Assembly (NCBI GenBank): GCA_025349965.1
Contig: CP075337.1
Location: 600,001 to 632,000, forward strand
DNA: 32,000 nucleotides
From: Candidatus Saccharimonadota bacterium
GTDB lineage: Bacteria > Patescibacteriota > Saccharimonadia > Saccharimonadales > Saccharimonadaceae
Reading direction: 5' to 3'
Shown here: piece after piece, positions 31,331-32,000 of the stretch
Layout: each line of letters opens with the position of its first letter
How positions within the stretch are numbered: the first letter of the stretch is position 1
Made by a program: the position numbers and the translations under genes
The notes under the pieces: model-generated
What the model was told of the DNA's origin: nothing
What the model saw: the letters and a program-made list of their open reading frames with translations, nothing else
Databases searched by the model: none

Positions 31331-32000
31331 TTACGCCTTTTGAAGGGTGACGGTGAGTTCCATGCCTTCAATGGTCGCGTCGATACTGTATTCGTATTCG
31401 TTATCCGCGAGACCACCCTCTACAAGTGTCTCTGCAGCAATCACGTCAGCATGCTCGGCAATTGCCTGCTTGAGCGTATCATCTTCCGTCTTGAGACTCA
31501 GTACAATGCGGTCGTCCACGTTAAGTCCAGCGTTCTTACGCGCAGATTGGACGTGACGAATCACTTCGCGGCTCAAGCCTTCACGGTGAAGTTCTGGGGT
31601 GATGTTTTTATCGAGAGTCACCGCTTCAATTTCACCGGCTTCATGTGTTACTGTCTTTACATTCACTTCTTCGGCAATAATAGTTTCATAGAACGCATCA
31701 AGTTTTTCACCACTATACGTCAGGGTTGAAAGTGGCTGGCGAATCTTGATCTGTCCCTGTTCGTCATCACGCTTCATACGGAGACCAAGCCCCTGCTCAA
31801 TCACTTCACGAGTGTGCGCCATGCGGTCAATCACAAGGTCGTTGACGTGCCCAACTTCTGGCCAATCAGTCAGGTGAACACTTTCGTTGTTCGTCATCTT
31901 GCGGTACAGTTCTTCGGCCATAAATGGCGCGAATGGCGCAAGCGCTTGACTGACACGAACCAGTACATAATGAAGAGTGCGGTAGGCAGCCTGCTTGTCA
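31331..32000 (-). CDS. ileS: isoleucyl-tRNA synthetase, C-terminal part (5' end outside window)
   Basis: The frame stays open beyond the track's ATG 31921 up to base 32000 (...DKQAAYRTLHYVLVRVSQALAPFAPFMAEELYRKM...). ESVHLTDWPE and EGLSREVIRHVQSARKNAGLNVDDRI match the IleRS C-terminal region. Confidence 0.85.
   Translation of the reverse strand, partial: DKQAAYRTLHYVLVRVSQALAPFAPFMAEELYRKMTNNESVHLTDWPEVGHVNDLVIDRMAHTREVIEQGLGLRMKRDDEQGQIKIRQPLSTLTYSGEKLDAFYETIIAEEVNVKTVTHEAGEIEAVTLDKNITPELHREGLSREVIRHVQSARKNAGLNVDDRIVLSLKTEDDTLKQAIAEHADVIAAETLVEGGLADNEYEYSIDATIEGMELTVTLQKA

Noticed and set aside
1-32000. CRISPR arrays, rRNA/tRNA genes, transposases, integrases and prophage genes
   Set aside because: No spaced direct-repeat array, no rRNA-like or tRNA-like structure in any intergenic gap (the largest is about 255 bp), and no ORF with recombinase or phage hallmarks was seen.

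Overview
Dense bacterial chromosomal segment: about 91% coding by my calls, roughly 50% GC, standard genetic code. I call 35 protein-coding genes. I recognised no rRNA, tRNA, CRISPR array, transposase or integrase by eye. The backbone is housekeeping: serS, lysS, greA, proS, rplU, parA-parB, lepB, an LCP-family cell-wall ligase, a MacB/FtsX-type ABC pair, the 3' part of ileS, and a type IV pilin gene cut by the left edge. It also holds a Firmicutes-like rpsB-tsf-frr-uppS-rseP-proS cluster from which pyrH, cdsA and dxr are cleanly missing. Several traits fit a reduced-genome Patescibacteria/CPR organism (Saccharibacteria-like): a short ProRS without the editing insertion, a short EF-Ts, the missing biosynthetic genes, the pilin, the LCP protein and a giant BspA/DUF285-repeat surface protein. 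That assignment is inference, not a database result. Compositionally foreign single-gene cassettes are superimposed on the backbone; hand-counted 60-nt lines inside them reach about 63-73% GC with GC3-rich codons. They lie at 16.4-17.1 kb, 24.4-25.6 kb (an LAxTG-anchored acidic surface protein), 27.0-28.4 kb (two ORFs) and 29.7-30.2 kb. The last three ORFs sit in an orphan-gene island (26.9-30.2 kb) that also holds a 418-aa protein with a phosphoribosyltransferase-like PRPP motif. This island is my best candidate for an undescribed system, but I cannot assign a mechanism from sequence alone. A recurrent regulatory theme is an extended -10 element (TGnTAnAnT) only 6-9 nt from the start codon of several genes, which predicts leaderless mRNAs.
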